From Psammoneis japonica (lineage: Eukaryota): a DNA stretch of 64,000 nucleotides. Positions 13,765 through 25,524 of the stretch are shown here, piece by piece (position 1 is the stretch's first letter; every line of letters begins with the position of its first letter). The stretch is from assembly GCA_008632985.1 (NCBI GenBank), contig QPGO01000082.1:186001-250000 (forward strand), written 5' to 3'. The position numbers and the translations under genes were made by a program. The notes below the pieces were generated by a model, which saw nothing but the letters and a program-made list of their open reading frames with translations, ran no database searches and was not told the DNA's origin.

Positions 13765-15900
13765 GCAGAGAGCACAAAAAGTGTTCACTGGCAAAAGGCA
13801 GAGAGACGACGGGATCCCTGCAAAACACCAACACCCATGGCCGGCTCCTTCTTTCAAGAGAGATGTTCTGGACTGGCAACTTTTCATCATGTTTCACTGT
13901 GCTCAAAGAACCTGCAACAAAGACAAGGCTATGTGCTGGTAAAAAGCAAGTCTCACAAAGGCACAACAACAGCCAACTTGTTCTTTGACTTCAGCCGCAC
14001 TCTTCATGTGTTGACAGGCACATCTCTCTTCATCAGAAGGTGCTCATTTCATGCTTTTCCTTTCACAAAAATGTTCTGACATGATTCCCCATGCACACTC
14101 TTGCGGTGAAGCATTTCCTCCTCAAGCTGACTCCAGGCTTCAAATGGAACGCACTCAACTTCTTCTCAAGTCCCCTCCTTCCTTGATTTCACAATCCTGC
14201 CCTTTTCCAAGCAACAAAGTCATTTGTGACATTGTTGAGAACAAACCCTTTTGCACCCAACAATTTTTCATCATGATTTGCTGCACTGCAGTTTTGTGCT
14301 GGGCTTGCAACGGCAATGTGGGAGTGCTGGTCAGCAACTTCAAATCACGTGGTGGAGCTGCCCCCTCTGCAACACCATTGTGACCTGTTTTTTCTTCTGC
14401 AACCTTTGCCTCTTCATTTTCTTTTGAGCACTCAACCCCAGCCAGTGCTTTGACCCAAAGAGCAGCACAACTGTGCCAGCTGCTGCTGCAGTCTTCATGT
14501 GAGGTTGTCTGTTCCCTGCTCCTCCAATGCCATGCCTTGTGATCTTCTGTTGTTTTGTCCTCCTCTTCTCCCTCATCTCTCTTGTCCTCCTCTTCATCTT
14601 CAGTGCTTCCACCTCATGCAGCCACAAAAGAACCACTTGGCTTGACTGTCACTTCCGTCTGTGTCAAAAGCACCACAATGTCCCCACTCATTGTGTTTTT
14701 GATGATGGTGCTTTGTGCCAAGAGTGTCGTCTGTCTGTCTCAACAACCCCGCAAATTCTGAAACTTGTCAGGTGCCTCAATGACTCACGAGTTGAGGGTT
14801 TCTGATTTCTGTGAAAAACTCTTGTTTGTGCACCCCAGTTGCAAGAGATCCAGCACATGTTCTGTGTGTTTGCTCACAATTTGTCTGCAAACTGTCAACT
14901 GTCATCTGGAGCCCTTGGGCACAGCAAATTTGCTCCCCCCCTCTGTCCTGTCTGTCTGTTTTTCTTTTCGGCTTCTGCCAAGCCATGTGACATCCACAAG
15001 TTCTGCAAATTGTCTCAACCAGCTGTGTCAGCAGAAGAGTGACTTTGTCTTGTTTGACTGGACAGCTCCAGATGAAGAATGTCATTGACGCCACTGTGCA
15101 TCACTCAAATCTCTGATCAACCCCAGCAACTTTGATGACAGATCAAAGTCTGTGATTAAAGTGCACAAGTTGGACTCTGGACATCCAGAAGATGTCCACA
15201 CTTTCTTCAAGTCATCTGACATCCAGGGCAGCTTTCTCTTGTGCAGTGTGAAGACCATGACCAAGACACCTTCAAAGCAGTGCACAAAGAGTTTCTGCCA
15301 AAAAATGTGCCCGGCCCAAGACATTGCAGTGGAGGCCAAAGACTGGTTGCAACCACTCAAAAATGCACAAGGATCAGCAAGGCTTGCAAGCCAACTCCAA
15401 CTGGAGTTCCCAAATCAGCAATGACTTGTGTCCTGTCCATGAAGCAGCCCATCCAAATGGACAAGTGCAACATCATCACCCACCATGAGCAAGAAAACTG
15501 TCAGCAGCAGCATTAAAAAAGGCTTCAATGCACTCAAACCTCATCCAACAGGAGCCAAGACAACCAAACTTGAAGCCAGTTGCAACAACATCATCCCAGC
15601 TGTTGCTGCAACCTTTGCATCAGAAGCAGCCAACAACAAGTCAATGAAAGTGGCTGCAACGTGTCTCATGGATCAAGAATTCTGGTTTCTGTGAAGAGTT
15701 CTTGTTTGTGCATTCTAATTGCAAGGCATCTAGCACATGCTCTGTGTGTTTCCTGTGAGGACTTTTGAGAAAGCGGCTCTAAAGCTCCTCTCTGTTTTAG
15801 CTCACAATTCGTCAATGAACTCACTCTGCTGACAACTGCTTTGCCAACTGTCATCTGGTGCCATTGGGCATTGTGGCTCTTTCCGGTCAACGAATTCAAA
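13765..15900. mobile_element. TpA-depleted island B; degenerate element with imperfect direct repeats (about 14800-14925 and 15680-15875) and a possible retroelement gag-like relic (about 15100-15450, +)
   Basis: No TA seen between about 13945 and 15510. Repeat copies read ttctgtgaa..cttgtttgtgca..ttgcaag..agcacatg..ctgtgtgttt..ctcacaatt..actgtcatctgg. The gag resemblance (KVHKLDSGHPEDV) is weak. Confidence 0.7.
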
Positions 15901-16175
15901 TGCCCTTCCCAGTATGACATTGACTTTGTTGGCGTTGTAAGACAATGCGTTCGAGATTGATTGGGGAACAACTTCTGGAGAACAAATCTGGAATCCAGAA
16001 AATCAAAAAATCGTTCTACCTGGTCATTATCTTAGCAAATTCCAAAGTCTGCAGACTCTAACCTTTACGTCGTATGTCATCATTGAACCTACAACATAAG
16101 CGCCTCGGCTAGCTAATAGTGGCACGTCATGCCTAATGATCAGTAAAGTATGACACTGTCGGATATCATGCAGAG

Positions 16176-17380
16176 TTACGGAAGTTCAAAGTCAATAAAT
16201 CCCTTCTCAGCGCACTCGCGAAGGAGCCCATTGTGGATCGGGCAGGAGGCATCGCCAAGATTATAGAAGTATTGATTACGCCATTCGAATTCCTTCACTG
16301 CACAGGGGAAATCAGTTACCACGTCTGTGTATGCCGCAAGGCGCTCCATAGTGCCAGACTCAAATTCAATGCCTTCCTTAGCTTTGACTGCAGCAACAAG
16401 CTCGTTGACTACCTGCTCTACTAATTCTCCGTGGTCAGAGCCAGCTTGACCAACTGACTTGCATTCTTTGGCGGCTCCAACCAACATGTATGTCGAAATC
16501 CAGCTACACGCAGAAAGATCACGAGCACAAAGCAGAATAGGGTAAGAATAATGAGACAACTATCGGCCAATTCACTAAAGGAAGAGAAATTTCAGAAGTG
16601 TATTCGCTCAGACATCCAAGGAAGTATTTCGCTCCAGTCGCATCAAAGTACGGTCAGCTTTGAACTGCAAACGTTTATGGGAAAATCATCGTCATGGCGA
16701 ACGAGTGCTGTAAAAAAATGGCTGGTCAATGCTTACATGAGTTTCTCAAACATGGCTGGACGGTACTGCTTAGGTGTCACAACATTGCATTTCAGATCAA
16801 GTGCTGCGAGCCGATCAGCAAAGGCTTGGGCATGCTCCCCGGTAGCTGCTGTCAAGCCCTCCGGGTTGACGGTTGTAATGCCGTCTACTGGATCCGCGCC
16901 CTTGGCGGTGACGGAAAGGTAGAGAAGGACTTGTGTGTTGTCCATCAGACCCTTGGACTCGAGAAACTCGTCAAGGTAGCCGTTCTGCATAAAGACGAGA
17001 TCTTTCTTGCGATTATCCGGGCAAGCCTCGACAATTCCTTCAAGCGAGTCATTACGCGTAGCAATCAGAATGGGCCCAGTACCATCCTCAGCAATGCTAT
17101 CGCCACGTCCGAGCATGGTTGATTTCCCTCCTTCAGCCAAGAGAGATCCAATTCTTCCTCCTCCGATAACAGTTACCGAAGATTCCCCGGTTGACGCGGC
17201 AGTCGCATCCGAACCTTCGGCGAATCCACGCTTAGCCAGCCATTCCTTTTTTCTCAACCATTTTGTTGCACCTCTCGATGCCATCATCGACACAGAGCTT
17301 CTCTTGTATGGAGTCCAAGCATCGGATGCACCCGAGATAAGAGCTGTACACAAAAGCAACAGAGAAGAAGAGAGCCTCAT
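16176..17380 (-). CDS. Rossmann-fold (ketopantoate-reductase-like) conserved algal protein; intron 16736-16504
   Basis: Signal/transit peptide, VIGGGRIG, ILIATRND, LVFMQNG; spliced FEKLIWIS. Confidence 0.75.
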
Positions 17381-17752
17381 GGGTAGGACGGCTCTGCAAC
17401 ACCCACCCTACAAAAAATGATGTGTGAGGTGAGCAGAGACAGAGCGGGGTCAGGGTGGTCGGTGCTGACGTCAGAAGGAATTCGGAATGTGTTTCGAAAA
17501 TGCGAAATTTCCCTCCGACTTTCGACATCATCCTCGCTCTCTTGCTCGTTCATCGTTCATCGTCGTCTCTTCTTATTTTTTCTGGAGTGGGTTGGTGGTT
17601 TGGGTTTCATATCACCTTTATTGTTACTGTAGTTTGTAAACCACTGATGAAAGCCACTGTCTGCCGAAGGGGATTTATACTAAACGGATTACCAGCATTT
17701 GATCTCCAGCGCATCTTGATTTTCACATCTTTGCGACTTGCGTCCGCCAACC

Positions 17753-18484
17753 ATGACGATGACAACAGGATCAATGTTGCTACGCGTCACCCGACAACAA
17801 TGGAGGACCTTGTTCGAAGGAAAGATTCCAAGCGGTCGATGTTTGTCTGCCTGCTTTTCTACATCTAGGTACGAAAGTAAAAGTCACTGCGGATATGCAT
17901 CGTGTCAATCCCACGCATGTGCGTGCAACGTCCGCAGGCTTAACGCCTCCGCAATGGCGCCTGCTCCAATCTGCGGTTCTGCTTTCGCAAGCGTACAACC
18001 ATTTCGATGCATGTCTACGACAAAGAATGATAAAGAAGAAGAACAGGTCGTCTCTCCGGAAGATCTTAAGCTTGCCATTGAAGCGACGCAGCAAGCAAGA
18101 AAGGATGACGAATTGCTGACAGACCTCCCGGGTTCGAAATCGGGAGGCAAGAAGCTGGCAATTTTATTCACATGTACTGTTTGCAACACGCGATCGGCAA
18201 AGCAGTTTACGGAACACGCTTATCAAAATGGTGTTGTTCTCGTGCGTTGTCCGGGGTGTCAGAATCTTCACCTCATTGCTGATCGCCTTGGCATGTTTGA
18301 AGACAAGGGCGAGGACGGAAAGGGCTGGGACATTGAAAAAGCCATGTCTGACATGGGAGAAAAGGTAGTTGCTGTTACGAATGACAATGTCTTGGAATTG
18401 ACGTTGAAGGACGTCCTAGGAGAGAAGTTAGATGATGTGACAGCTGCAGCAGCAAGCGAATCGCAGCCAGATACTACAAAGTGA
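17753..18484 (+). CDS. Mitochondrial DNL-type zinc-finger protein (Zim17/Hep1-like Hsp70 escort)
   Basis: FTCTVCNTRS...HAYQNGVVLVRCPGCQNLHLIADRLG; Arg/Ser-rich presequence. Confidence 0.9.
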   Translation: MTMTTGSMLLRVTRQQWRTLFEGKIPSGRCLSACFSTSRYESKSHCGYASCQSHACACNVRRLNASAMAPAPICGSAFASVQPFRCMSTTKNDKEEEQVVSPEDLKLAIEATQQARKDDELLTDLPGSKSGGKKLAILFTCTVCNTRSAKQFTEHAYQNGVVLVRCPGCQNLHLIADRLGMFEDKGEDGKGWDIEKAMSDMGEKVVAVTNDNVLELTLKDVLGEKLDDVTAAAASESQPDTTK

Positions 18485-18559
18485 AACAGAAGGTGTTTTG
18501 CCGTTTCATGTTGAGGTATACCTGCTGCGAATTTCAAACTTCCTTTAATGAAAAGACTA

Positions 18560-19100
18560 CCTGTACGAGGAGTAGCCTCCTGGTCCGAGAATCGTTTGCA
18601 AAGGCACTTCCTCTCCTTGTCGATGGTGAAGCCGCGGCTCGTGCAAAGTGCCACTGCTGGCGGCATTGATTGCAGGGGGCTTGGAGTAACGCGTTTGTTT
18701 CCTTTGGACTTTGCAATTCTTCTTAGACACCTACCAGCTTTTTTCCCAAGCCCGGCTTAACGGCAGTCGCTTCTTACGGACATTCTGACCAACTCACATG
18801 CCTGACTCTCGGACACGTTGCAATCATTTGGATTTTGTTATTGAACTTCTATACGCAACCGACCGCTCTCCCGTCAGGATCAAGAACACAGAATAGACAT
18901 ATACCCTTTCCTTCCTTCTTGTTCGCTGCTTCAACACCTCCAGAATGTTCCATGTACGATGAATACACGTCTTTCATATCTTTCTCGACTTGTCATCGAT
19001 GAACCTCTTTGTCAAGAGATCAAGTCCTTTGATTTCATCATCGACACAATTCAAGACCGCTTTTGAAGAGTTCAACGACCTGAGCTTGATGTGATGGTTC
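18560..19100 (-). pseudogene. Probable GNAT acetyltransferase pseudogene
   Basis: Minus strand reads CELVRMSVRSDCR*AGLGKK...AKSKGNKRVTPSPLQSMPPAVALCTSRGF, resembling GNAT motifs A and B, with stops and frameshifts. Confidence 0.45.
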
Positions 19101-19483
19101 AAAAGGAACAATCCTATTGCTACTGCCAAACGCAAGTGTGGGCGCGATTTGGGGGTTCATCAGTCCACGTTTCTCCAAAACGATTTCACTGCGGCTTTCA
19201 GGTTTCGAGTTTGAATTTTTTGTGATATATGCGCTTTCACAACTGCAACAAAGGACAAAAAAGCTGCTACCGGTACGTCTTTTTGCACGAATGAGGAAAT
19301 TTGTTGTTCGATGTCGTTCCCGCCGCGTGGCAGACGGGTGGGCGCATACAATTCCATGTAGGAGTAGGAGGGGTATGGTAGCTCTGAGCGCACATCAAAT
19401 TTATCTTGATTATCGTCTCTAGACCTAATAGTTGTCTTTGTGTACAGTAGCATGAGAAGACCGACTGTCTGACGATTTAAACA

Positions 19484-20116
19484 TTAGACTGGATGGTCTT
19501 TCTTCCATACTTTCATTGCTTTCTTTAATCCATCAACAATAGCATTTTCGCTCATTTCTCGAATCATGGTATCCTCATCCATTTCACAACGACTTGCTCG
19601 CACTTGCACTCCACCTTCGGTTTTTTCCACCACAACTTCGACACCACCTTGCTTTGGAGGCTCCTTCTTTGTCTCTGCCTCGCCTTGTTCTGCAGCCTTC
19701 TCTTCGTCCTTTGATTTGTAAGAAGATTCTTTGGGTTTAAATAGAATCTGTGCTCCCTTGTCATTCGTCACAACCTTGACAGGCGTTGTCAGACCTCCTT
19801 CTGTTTCGAAAAGCATGGACCACTGTCGAATGTATTCCGTCAAAGCATCGTATTGCTCGGAGGGAAGATTTGAAAAGCTTGCGAGATCCGCATCCATGTC
19901 ACTGCTTGATTCGGAGCCAAACATACCACCAAAGAAAAATAACGTGGTGGAGGAAACATCCTGTTCTTTTGGGATTCGAAATGAATGCGATAATGAAGTG
20001 GAGGCCGAGAATGCGAAAGCAGGACGGGGTGGTCCCAACACAAATCCTCTGGTCGAAGGACCCAAAGAAACAAACACGAGCGACAAGCGCAACACTACGG
20101 ACTGCGATTTCTTCAT
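19484..20116 (-). CDS. Hypothetical protein, probably plastid-targeted
   Basis: Open 210-aa frame from MKKSQ; signal-like segment followed by GF; charged globular C-terminal half. Confidence 0.65.
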   Translation of the reverse strand: MKKSQSVVLRLSLVFVSLGPSTRGFVLGPPRPAFAFSASTSLSHSFRIPKEQDVSSTTLFFFGGMFGSESSSDMDADLASFSNLPSEQYDALTEYIRQWSMLFETEGGLTTPVKVVTNDKGAQILFKPKESSYKSKDEEKAAEQGEAETKKEPPKQGGVEVVVEKTEGGVQVRASRCEMDEDTMIREMSENAIVDGLKKAMKVWKKDHPV

Positions 20117-20435
20117 GATTTCTTTAACGTTGCGAGATCTCTCTGTAATGTAGAATAGGGTAAAGGCTTTCGGAAGGAGGAGGAAGTGATGTTGTGCTAC
20201 TCTTTTGGCCATGGAAGAATAATCCATCCAGCCAATCAATCGAAATCAAATCAATCTCAAAATCAATCCAAATCTTATCTGGAGTCAGAGGCCAAATTAG
20301 CACAAACGCCTTTTGCGAGTCCGCGATCTTCGTGCGGGTTGAACTTACGATATACTTTCTATAGAAATGGCCATGGCACGGGAAGATGATGGTGAAACCA
20401 ACTTGACATGATAGCGGCGCTGGCGAATAGCATCG

Positions 20436-22961
20436 ATGGATAGCTGGGTACTAGTTGCGTTTATACTGCTGCTAAGCGCCATCTTGACTTCTGGCTTGCA
20501 CGATGAAAGTCGATGCCGAAATCCACCGATACGAGGCAACACGATTGCTCGTGTCAGAACGCCTGCAGCTGCTTTCGTGTCGACGAGGACTTTTATATCA
20601 AGATGGAGGAGTTCCGATCAACACTTTTGGAAGAACAGACATCCTACATGGAAGGTAAGCACTTTCCGCCGTGCGAAGAAAGGACATGGCAAGTTTTTGC
20701 CGATGAAGGCTGGTATCAACAGGGTAGCTGGCGACGAAGCCCATAAGGTGAATAGCTGCCCCCAATTCAAGACAAATATCACCTCATTGCCCCTAAAGAA
20801 TCTCCTAGAAAAGGTTCAGTCCTACTCTCCAGAGGCTGACCTCTCACTTATTGCCAAAGCTTACGAATTTGCCGAAAACGCACACGAGGGTCAGCGTCGC
20901 AAGTCTGGCGATCCTTATTTTATTCATCCAATTGGTGTTGCAAGGATTATTGCTGATCTGAAACTTGATGTTGCTAGCGTCGTAACGGGTCTTCTTCACG
21001 ATACTGTGGAGGATACTAACGTTACATTGAGGGATATTGAACGAGAGTTCGGGGAAGAAACCGCGTTACTCGTAGATGGCGTGACCAAGATATCGAGGAT
21101 CCACTTCCACTCACAGCAGCAGCGTCAAGCGGAGAACTACCGAAAAATGATTGTTGCCATGGCTCGGGATATTCGGGTCATTCTTGTCAAGTTGGCGGAC
21201 CGAACGCACAACATCCGTACTCTTCGGCATGTTCCACCAGCCAAACAGAAAAAGGTGGCGCGAGAGACCTTGGAATTGTATGCTCCCCTCGCTCATCGGT
21301 TGGGTATTTATCGACTAAAAACTGAGCTCGAAGATACGTCACTAAGATATCTACACCCGGAAGAATATGCCGAGCTGGAAGGAATGGTGGCGGTCAAGCA
21401 AAGTGAACGGCAGGAATACACCGAAACTGTGATTTTCATTCTGAATGAAACACTTTCTCAGACTGGTATCCAAGGTGCGAGGGTTTCGGGAAGACCAAAG
21501 AGCTACTATTCCATATATCAGAAGATGCAGAATCTTGCCTTCAATGAAATAAATGATCTCATTGCCTTTCGTGTGCTCGTTGAGAATATTGAGCAGTGTT
21601 ACCAAGTTCTCGGATCCGTCCATGCCAAGTGGAAGCCAGTACCTGGACGTTTCAAGGACTACATTGCTCTTCCCAAACCGAATGGGTACCAATCTCTACA
21701 TACCACGGTTATTGGGCCCGAAGGGAAACGTATCGAGATTCAAATTCGTACAAAAGGTATGCACGAGATTGCGGAGGGAGGGATAGCGGCGCATTGGATG
21801 TATAAAGGAGAGAACAAGGGGATAGAAGAAGCTAGACGCTTTTCGTGGCTTCGACAACTTGTCGAGTGGGTCCAACACCTAAACGATCCATCTGAATTCC
21901 TACACTCTGTGAAAGAGGATCTGTTTGAGAAGGAGGTCTTTTGCTTTTCGCCCAAAGGACAGCTCTTTGCACTTGCCAAGGGTTCATCGGTGCTTGACTT
22001 TGCTTATCGTATTCACTCAGACTTGGGCAATCATTGCAGTGGGGCTAAGGTGAACGGCAAAATGGTACCCTTGAAGCATGAGCTACGAAATGGGGATAGT
22101 GTGGCAATAATTCAGTCTTCAGACCAACGACCCCGCCGAGAGTGGCTGAGTTTCGTACGAACATCAAAAGCGAAGACGAGGATCCGGGCTTGGCTCAAGC
22201 AAGAGCAGCGTGATGAAAGTATCGTTCTCGGGAGAGAGCTGCTTGAAAGAGAGTTGAAGCGCAACGCCTCTAAAGGTGTCGATGGAATGAAGGAGTACCG
22301 AGAGAAGCTGGACCGCATACTATCCGAGTTTGGCCTACACCACGAGAATCATCTTTTGTCGGCGCTTGGGTACGGACAGATCAGTGTCTCGAGCGTAATG
22401 AATCTTGTCTTTAGCGGACTGGGTAAACCGAAGCGTGGTCTCACGAGAGACGAAAGGGGAGACCAAAAAGTCTTGGACGTTCTCGGAGAGAAGCAGGAGG
22501 ACACACCGTCTCGGTCTCAGCCAGGCGGCGGTGTGATTGTTGGCGGAAAGCACAATATTATGGTTGAATTCTGCAGAAACTGCAGTCCGCTTTACGGGGA
22601 AGAGGTGAAAGGGGTTGTCACACGTGGTCGTGGAGTAAAGGTTCATAGGCTCGATTGTCAATATTTGCATGAGAGCGACGAGGAACGAAGGATAGACACA
22701 GTCTGGGATGAAGACGCTAAGACCAAGTCAAGAGTTGTCCGATTGGACGTGTTCTTTGAGGACTCACCAGGAATGCTGGCGAGTATTAGCAAAGCAATAT
22801 CATCCCTTGGCATCAACATCCATAGCGTTGTCCTCCGAACTGTCTCAAACGCTCGTGGGCTTGCTCGTTTCGAGGTTATGCTCGTGACCATTGACGACTT
22901 GCGGAAGGTATCGTCCGAGCTACAAAAAGAGCACGGTGTCATCAGCGTAAAGAGAAGGTGA
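20436..22961 (+). CDS. RSH: RelA/SpoT homologue, long bifunctional (p)ppGpp synthetase/hydrolase with N-terminal targeting peptide
   Basis: AHEGQRRKSGDPYFIHP, LLHDTVED (HD), VKLADRTHN, GRPKSYYSIY, DLIAFRV, PKPNGYQSLHT, EIQIRT, TGS (DFAYRIHSD...AKVNG), Cys-rich zinc-finger region and C-terminal ACT domain; no intron. Confidence 0.95.
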   Translation: MDSWVLVAFILLLSAILTSGLHDESRCRNPPIRGNTIARVRTPAAAFVSTRTFISRWRSSDQHFWKNRHPTWKVSTFRRAKKGHGKFLPMKAGINRVAGDEAHKVNSCPQFKTNITSLPLKNLLEKVQSYSPEADLSLIAKAYEFAENAHEGQRRKSGDPYFIHPIGVARIIADLKLDVASVVTGLLHDTVEDTNVTLRDIEREFGEETALLVDGVTKISRIHFHSQQQRQAENYRKMIVAMARDIRVILVKLADRTHNIRTLRHVPPAKQKKVARETLELYAPLAHRLGIYRLKTELEDTSLRYLHPEEYAELEGMVAVKQSERQEYTETVIFILNETLSQTGIQGARVSGRPKSYYSIYQKMQNLAFNEINDLIAFRVLVENIEQCYQVLGSVHAKWKPVPGRFKDYIALPKPNGYQSLHTTVIGPEGKRIEIQIRTKGMHEIAEGGIAAHWMYKGENKGIEEARRFSWLRQLVEWVQHLNDPSEFLHSVKEDLFEKEVFCFSPKGQLFALAKGSSVLDFAYRIHSDLGNHCSGAKVNGKMVPLKHELRNGDSVAIIQSSDQRPRREWLSFVRTSKAKTRIRAWLKQEQRDESIVLGRELLERELKRNASKGVDGMKEYREKLDRILSEFGLHHENHLLSALGYGQISVSSVMNLVFSGLGKPKRGLTRDERGDQKVLDVLGEKQEDTPSRSQPGGGVIVGGKHNIMVEFCRNCSPLYGEEVKGVVTRGRGVKVHRLDCQYLHESDEERRIDTVWDEDAKTKSRVVRLDVFFEDSPGMLASISKAISSLGINIHSVVLRTVSNARGLARFEVMLVTIDDLRKVSSELQKEHGVISVKRR

Positions 22962-23667
22962 GACGAAGGTCGCGTTTCAAAGTTTGGCTATATGTTTAAA
23001 CCTGGGATGCTCTGTGGGGTTTAGTGTGAATTCATTCTCTTTTGTCGAGTGCGTCCCCTTGACGACAATTATGTGGGCTATTGCGTACCGCTCCTCTGAT
23101 GGGACGAGTCGAACACCGCTTGCCCTAAAAATATTGGTTTCGCGGAAGCAGCCTCATAAATTCATCCGATACCCCGAACTAGACCATTGCCTTGTCAAAA
23201 ACTCAAGAAACGACAATTTAGGTCTAGCTACTTTCTCTAGAGTGACCAGTGATCTCTGCACTGTACAAAAAATAGTGAGTTGCCAGCTGAGTGCTCCAGT
23301 TTATTCAAAGATTAGATAGTTGCCCCGCCTTGCAGTAGCCATCAGATCATCCACGCAATCTCGAAATCTCGAAACAATGTTCTTTGCATAATATGCTTAC
23401 AAAGCTCTCTCTACTCTCTCTACTCTAGCTACTAGAGTAGAGGAGACAGTAGATCGTGTCAGTTCCACCCGCAACAGGCAGCAGACAGACAGGCGAGGCA
23501 TGAAGCGAAGCGAGCGAGCACCGAAATCCAAAAAGTTTCATGATGAGTGCGTGATGAGAGTTGTCGGAATCGAAGAACTAACTGCATGCAAGTAGTCGTA
23601 TGAGTAACACCTGTGCCATCACAACGCCTCCTTGTCAGTACGACAGATTCTGTTGTGATTAGTCCAC

Positions 23668-24390
23668 ATGAGCCATGCCGTGAAAAAACAAGCGCCCTCC
23701 CGAAAGCAGCGAGCTAGAGAACCTCGATCGTTCGCTGACAACGAGTCGCTGACATGTGTAGCTTCGCCATTGGGACCGATACGCACACCAGTTGTCTCTA
23801 CAGTTACAAAGGAAATTATTTTGGAACGTATAGATAAGGAGATTGTCCGCCGATTTTCCTTTTCGCTGACCTCTCCACGATCAACAAGCCACCAAGGCCC
23901 GAAATACCTTGTCGGAGGCAAACTCGTATCCGGTAGCGATGAACGTGACGCAAAGAGGAGGAAGGTAATTAGAGAGGGCAGCGAGCTATGCGATGCAGAA
24001 GAAAAGGTGAAATCACCCGAACGAGTGAAGAGGGATGTCGTAAGACAACGGCTCTTGGTTGGAACCAATCAATGCACGAGAGCCTTGGAGGGAGCTGCCT
24101 CCGACGAGTGTGAAGCGCCTCTTCTAATAATTTTGGCAAGAGACATTTATCCTCCAACCATTCTGGCGCATGTGCCATTTCTTGCAAAGCAGGTAGGTAC
24201 ACCAATAATGCTACTTCCTGGACAGGCATCAGTAGAACTAGGAAAGGTGCTGGGGACGAAAAAGGTTGCAGTTCTCGCGTTTCTCCCGTCGCCATGCAGC
24301 CCCGACAAGAAGGAAGAATCCGAGATGGAGAGACACCATAGCGATATTGACTCCTTTATTGACTTTGCAAAGACTAAGCTACCAACATAG
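23668..24390 (+). CDS. L7Ae/L30e-family RNA-binding protein (RNase P/MRP Pop3/Rpp38-like)
   Basis: LLVGTNQCTRALE...LIILARDIYPPTILAHVP...ELGKVLGTKKVAVLAF. Confidence 0.7.
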   Translation: MSHAVKKQAPSRKQRAREPRSFADNESLTCVASPLGPIRTPVVSTVTKEIILERIDKEIVRRFSFSLTSPRSTSHQGPKYLVGGKLVSGSDERDAKRRKVIREGSELCDAEEKVKSPERVKRDVVRQRLLVGTNQCTRALEGAASDECEAPLLIILARDIYPPTILAHVPFLAKQVGTPIMLLPGQASVELGKVLGTKKVAVLAFLPSPCSPDKKEESEMERHHSDIDSFIDFAKTKLPT

Positions 24391-24661
24391 GATGCAAAGA
24401 GCATACCATCGCTGTGTTTCTATGACAACAAGTACACGCAGGCCTCGAACGAACCAACTGATCTCGTAATCTATAAAAAAGCGTAAAAGCTCATCCTACA
24501 ATTGAAAAAGAAAACCCCACAAGAACTATCGTCATCATTTTCGTGGTAGTTTCAACAAGAAGCTGTGCACGAATCGACGCTCAAAAGGCATAACGAGCTG
24601 TCGACGCCCCATGCAACAACGCAACGTGTTCTTCACACTTGCACGCTGCGTCAGGACAAAC

Positions 24662-25524
24662 TTATGATTCATCAACCCAGCTCTGCTCCACAATTTCCCG
24701 GACACGGCGATTGTATTCGCGGCGGTTCTCGCTATAAAGACGACTGGCCTCTGAGTTTGCAGGCGACGCCGGGTTCGGATCGCACAAGAGCGATTGGATC
24801 GAGGTTAGGATTGCGGAAATATCATAAATAGGACTCCACTGGTTCTGCAAGATATCCAAGCAAATCTGTCCATCATTGTAAATGTTGGGATGAAACATTT
24901 TGGTCAAGAAGCGGACCTGCGGGGCCTTATTGGGGTAGTCTTCAGTGAATTCCAAAACAAGCTTAAAAGTGCCTCCTTCCCAAGGCGTATCGTCAGGACC
25001 GAAAATGACTGCTTGCCACATCATAATATTCGTATCCATGGGAGCACCTGTGACACCTGAAGGAGGGTCATTCTGCAACCTGTTTCAATTCAGCGGTTCA
25101 AGTAATCGGTTTGAATACAATGAGTAAAGAGGTGAGATTTTAGTTCAGAACAAAACAACATGCCGCTCAAATTCAGGTGGGAAATCGCTTCATACAAAGA
25201 ACGCAGAGACCGCGACAGCCGCAACCGCCGAGCGATATTATAGCTGAGAACACACAGAGCAAAAAGGAGTCAATTGTTTCCCGTTATGCTTCGCCAGAGT
25301 CGCCACAATAACGCATTTCTGATTTACGTCATTTCCAACCCCGCACGCCAAATCGTGGAGTTTGCCAGTACTGACTTCACGTTCAATTCTACGCGGAGCT
25401 GCTGCCACCTCCATCCTCCAATCACAAAACTTTGACCGTCTCTAGCTTCACTTTCCGCCACTCGATTCAACCACACCTACCTCTTAAAGTCCCTCAGAAG
25501 GCGGCGTCTAGCACTTGTGCTCAT
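24662..25524 (-). CDS. UBC2: Ubiquitin-conjugating enzyme E2, Rad6/UBC2; intron 25480-25080
   Basis: [21 protein letters not shown]...[25 protein letters not shown]...[12 protein letters not shown]. Confidence 0.95.
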
